A program made the translations under genes and the position numbers. Shown here piece after piece: positions 60,392 to 64,000 of a stretch of 64,000 nucleotides of DNA. Below the pieces are notes generated by a model, which was not told where the DNA came from, did no database searches, and saw nothing but the letters and a program-made list of their open reading frames with translations. Every line of letters begins with the position of its first letter. The stretch's first letter is position 1. The stretch is from Ancylonema sp. (taxonomy: Eukaryota). The stretch is taken from the NCBI GenBank assembly GCA_050230475.1, contig JBFLGF010000124.1, forward strand, positions 1-64,000. Direction: 5' to 3'.

Positions 60392-63219
60392 ATGCCAGCT
60401 GGATCGTACCAAGCATTCGAAAGGGCAGTCTCTGAAACAAACCTTGGCCGGAACCTTCCAGGAAGATCGCCACCGCCACCTTCCTCCTCCTCCTGGTCAA
60501 TGTCCTTTCTATCCTCCTCCAATCCGAGGTCGTTCCGCTCGTTCCGCTCGACTTCACCTCCCGCCTTCCAACCACCCCCTCCGCCCCCCGAGGGTTGGGG
60601 CATCCAGGCCCAGAGTGGGAGGAGGAGTCTGTGGGCCTGCCACCTGTCAAACAGAGAAGGTGGGCACCAGAACCTTGAAACCGGATTCTGAAAAGCCTTT
60701 TTTTTTTTAATATATATTTTATTTATAATGCTCGCTCTAGCCCCCCAGAAACTGGTCACGGATTCCAGTTCCCAATTCCTAGACTCGTTCCCTCCCCATT
60801 AGAAGGGTTGTCATCCCTCTGTTTTTTTCCCCTGGCTTTGGGTCGCCCAGTTTCAAGAACGGATACTCCTCCACCAGCCCCGTCCATTTCAGCTCCTACC
60901 GCGTGGGACCCACGCTCTTCACATCACTGGCGTTGACCCCCCGGGCCAATCAGAAGACGCAAAGACTCGACTCCTGCCGGTACGCCCCAAAACTTGACCC
61001 CATCCCCCCACCATCCCCGCCCCCCTGGATGCGTCCACGTGGCTCAGCACCCTGCCCTCCATCGGTGTCCAGGTGGCAGCTCGGGAATGGTTCCGAGATT
61101 GTGGGGCATTTGAGTGCCACGTACCCGGGAGAGAGTCACGGGAAGCAATACGAGGTGGCGCTTTTCAACTGTTCCCTGCCGCACCCCCCCCCCCTCGCTG
61201 CCCTAGGGCGGGGGGGGGCGCTTTTCGTGACGGTTGGGGGGGAGGAGGTGGCGGTGATGAGAGACAAAGATGGGTCCTCGGATTGGATTCCGCACCCCTC
61301 CCCCTTCCCCACCACTCTCACCCTGTGCTCCGCCCCCATGTATGGGGAACTAGACGGGGGGAGGGTGGGGGAGTGGGTGGATTTCCATAGGAGCGTGCAT
61401 GGAGTGGAGGTGGGATAAGAGTTGGCTTGTGGATAACAACATGTCTCCATTCACACATTTTAACTTTCAGTATTGTGACACCTCAACATTTCGACTCTGT
61501 TGCATTTACCATTTCTACGTGTAGGCCTATCAACGTGACAAACAACTCGGGACTTCGAAAGTTCAGAGTCGTCAGAATTTCGGGGTTTCAACATTTCATA
61601 TTTTCGGCATTGCTTGTGGGGAAGCGCCACCCCGCCACTGATTGTTGCTGCCAGGCTAACAAGGGGGTGGATGGGGAGCGACTGTACGCTTTCAGCTTTC
61701 AGTTTCCAGTTGTGAATCTCGAGCTTGGGGGGTTGAAGATTGACTCTGCTGATTGCTCTGATGTGTGTGCTATTGTTGCAGCATTTCCACTTCTACGACG
61801 CAGGGGGTCTGGATGAGGAAGTGATGCAAGGCTTGATGCCTCTCATGGTGCGACGCCAGCTGGACGTGGCGGATATCCGAGACACTGTAAAATATGACAC
61901 GTGGCTGTACACACAGGTACAAAAACATAATTTTTTCATCTCCTTTCTTTTTCTTGCGGAAGTTTTCTGACTTTGTCTATCCCAAAGTGCATCCAATCCC
62001 AAAGTTCCCAATATGATTGCCCATTTTGATACCCTTTTTTTTTTTATCCTTTTGTCGACCTCCTTTACAGGTGCTTGTGGTTAACGACTGCGCGCTGCGG
62101 ACGCGGGCCACGAGCAAATGGACGGTCATGATTGACGTGGACGAATACATCAACGTGGCGTCCCCCCCCCATCACCTCCTCCCATTTTTGGAGAGCCCTT
62201 TGGTTAAGGGCCGTCCGTGGGTGACCATGGGCAGCATGACGTACAAGACCGATGCCTGCGCGGTCAGGAATGGGGAATGGGGAATGGGGGATGCATGCTA
62301 TAGGAAAGGGAGGAGAGGCAGAAGGGGAACACCGTTTGGTGGAATGGATAGTGAGCATAAGAGTCCAGTTTTTTTTTTTTTTTTTTAATGGTAGTATCTG
62401 TGTTCATTTTTATGGTTTGAGAGCTGAGGGGAGGTTTGAGTGATGATGTTGAGTTCATTTTTGGTTTGGTTTTGCAGGGATCATCGCCCAACCAGTGGCC
62501 CATTGAGCGGATGGTATTTCAGGACCCAAAAATATATTGCAAGCATGCAGAAAAATATGTCAGGTTGGGAACCACCCCTCATTATTTTATTTTTATTTTT
62601 TGTTTTCTCCCCCCTCCCCCTGTTGGATGTATGTGTGCCTTTGTGGAGAATCATGAGCTCGCATATGTTGATTTGCATTTGTTCATTTCTGCATTCATTC
62701 GAGTACGTTCGGTTTGTGGTCGGTGTTGCAAGTTCGAGTGAGATAGGTGTTGGAGTTGTTGGATGGTGAATGGTGAATGTGAACATGTCATGCGTGTTTG
62801 AGTTCGGTTATGCACAGAATATGAAACCATATGATTACAAAAAGAGTTTCAATTCGACTGCTAAGGGGGCCAAGATTGATGTTCCAATGGACTCAAAGTT
62901 TTTTTTTTTTTTTTTTTCTGGGTTGTATTTACATTGCAGTACGGAGCTTTGCCTGAAATGGGACGGCCATAGGAAGTACGTCATTGACCCTCGCAAAGTG
63001 AATCTTTTGCAAATTCATCAAGTGATGGAGTCGAACGAGTTGGGATTGAATGCATTGAGTACAAGCATTCATGTGAACCATTATCGAGGGCTCGGGATCC
63101 GGAACCATGAGTTATGCAAGGATGAAAAGGCGACACCTTACGACCACGTAAGGAAAGGTCTTGTGCGAGATTCGAGCGTGGCAAGAATGGCCTTGTTGGC
63201 TCGACGAAAAGCATCATGA
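60392..63219 (+). CDS. GALS: GT92 glycosyltransferase (beta-1,4-galactan synthase GALS-like); coding exons ~60851-61409, 61782-61916, 62071-62262, 62478-62563, 62940-63219; 5' end uncertain
   Basis: FSSYRVG, YEVALFNC, LCSAPMYG..EWVDFH, HFHFYDAGG, QVLVVNDC, DVDEYI (DxD motif), IERMVF, GHRKYVIDPR, HYRG; TM-like stretch at ~60695-60745. Confidence 0.82.
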
Positions 63220-63951
63220 TTTATTTGTCCTTGCTCTGGGATATTTAAGTTATTATTGTGTTCGTACTATAATAGTTTACCTTGCCCTCCCCTCGGAACT
63301 CCAAGGTTTTTGCACCATATAGACGTAGTCATTGTTTATTGTTCGAATCCAATCAGGGTTTTCTCAACCCGCTTCCGATCAGGATTGGATCCTACCCGGA
63401 TCGAAATGTGATCAAAGAGATTGTGGGCAGTGTAGGAAGATTAGGGCACTAATCTTCTATATTCTATTTCTTCGAAACTACCGAAGTGTACATTTGTCAA
63501 GTGTGCATCATGTTGGTAGTCGTGATAATGTTATTACCACGCTTTATTACCCAAGGCAACCACCTTTTTCCCTAGATTTTTTCAAATATGTCAAATGGAT
63601 GACTATCTTTTGTTACATGTGTCATGTTTTTGGAATGTGAACTTCATTCGAATAATTGTCGTATGTGTATATGTTAAAGAAACAACTTTAGTACTGGCCA
63701 CACATAAAGACCCGGGTTCTTAAAACTGCATTATTTTTAGTTCATGAACCACCAATTGAACCATCCATCCACGTAATATAAGAGTTCCCATACTCTTGAC
63801 TTGTCTATGTTGTCAAGCGATCCACATTACAAAATGACCCACTTTTTTCCAACAAACAAAATATTTAATATGATCCGACCCACCCTTTTATTATAATTAT
63901 TATTTTTGGAGGGTTATAATGTATGGCAAGTACGGTATGTTGCTGCTCGTG

Positions 63952-64000
63952 CCAAAACAACCAAAACTACCAAAACTACCAAAACAACCAAAACAACCAA
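63952..64000. repeat. 9-bp tandem repeat CCAAAAC(A/T)A
   Basis: About five units running off the window end. Confidence 0.7.

Noticed and set aside
35805..63219. CHRD + Lsi2 + GT92 as a cell-wall silicification gene cluster
   Set aside because: Proximity only; no shared regulatory motif or other sequence evidence.
63952..64000. Telomere
   Set aside because: The 9-bp unit does not match plant TTTAGGG-type repeats and the array is short and truncated by the window.

Overview
Eukaryotic, plant-lineage (streptophyte; most likely charophyte-alga or bryophyte grade) genomic DNA with spliceosomal introns. Positions ~1-26.7 kb are a nest of decayed Ty3/gypsy LTR retroelements. It contains (i) elements carrying a C5-cytosine DNA methyltransferase (DNMT) domain between protease and RT, one with a PHD finger on the integrase; (ii) a short-LTR family encoding gag-protease-coiled coil plus a DNMT-fold protein lacking the catalytic motifs, present in two divergent copies that share the same substitute motifs and with no RT/integrase seen; (iii) a near-complete chromovirus with a Tf1-type self-priming signature and a polypurine tract retained outside its upstream LTR; (iv) a solo LTR and TRIM-like remnants. 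Positions ~27-64 kb are a gene region: an MKP1-like MAP kinase phosphatase, four secreted CHRD-domain-like paralogues, an Lsi2-like silicon efflux transporter and a GT92 galactan-synthase-like gene, interspersed with hAT, mariner-like and Harbinger-like MITEs. The best candidate for an undescribed system is the retroelement-borne pseudo-methyltransferase family. All family assignments are by motif recognition by eye; no searches were run.
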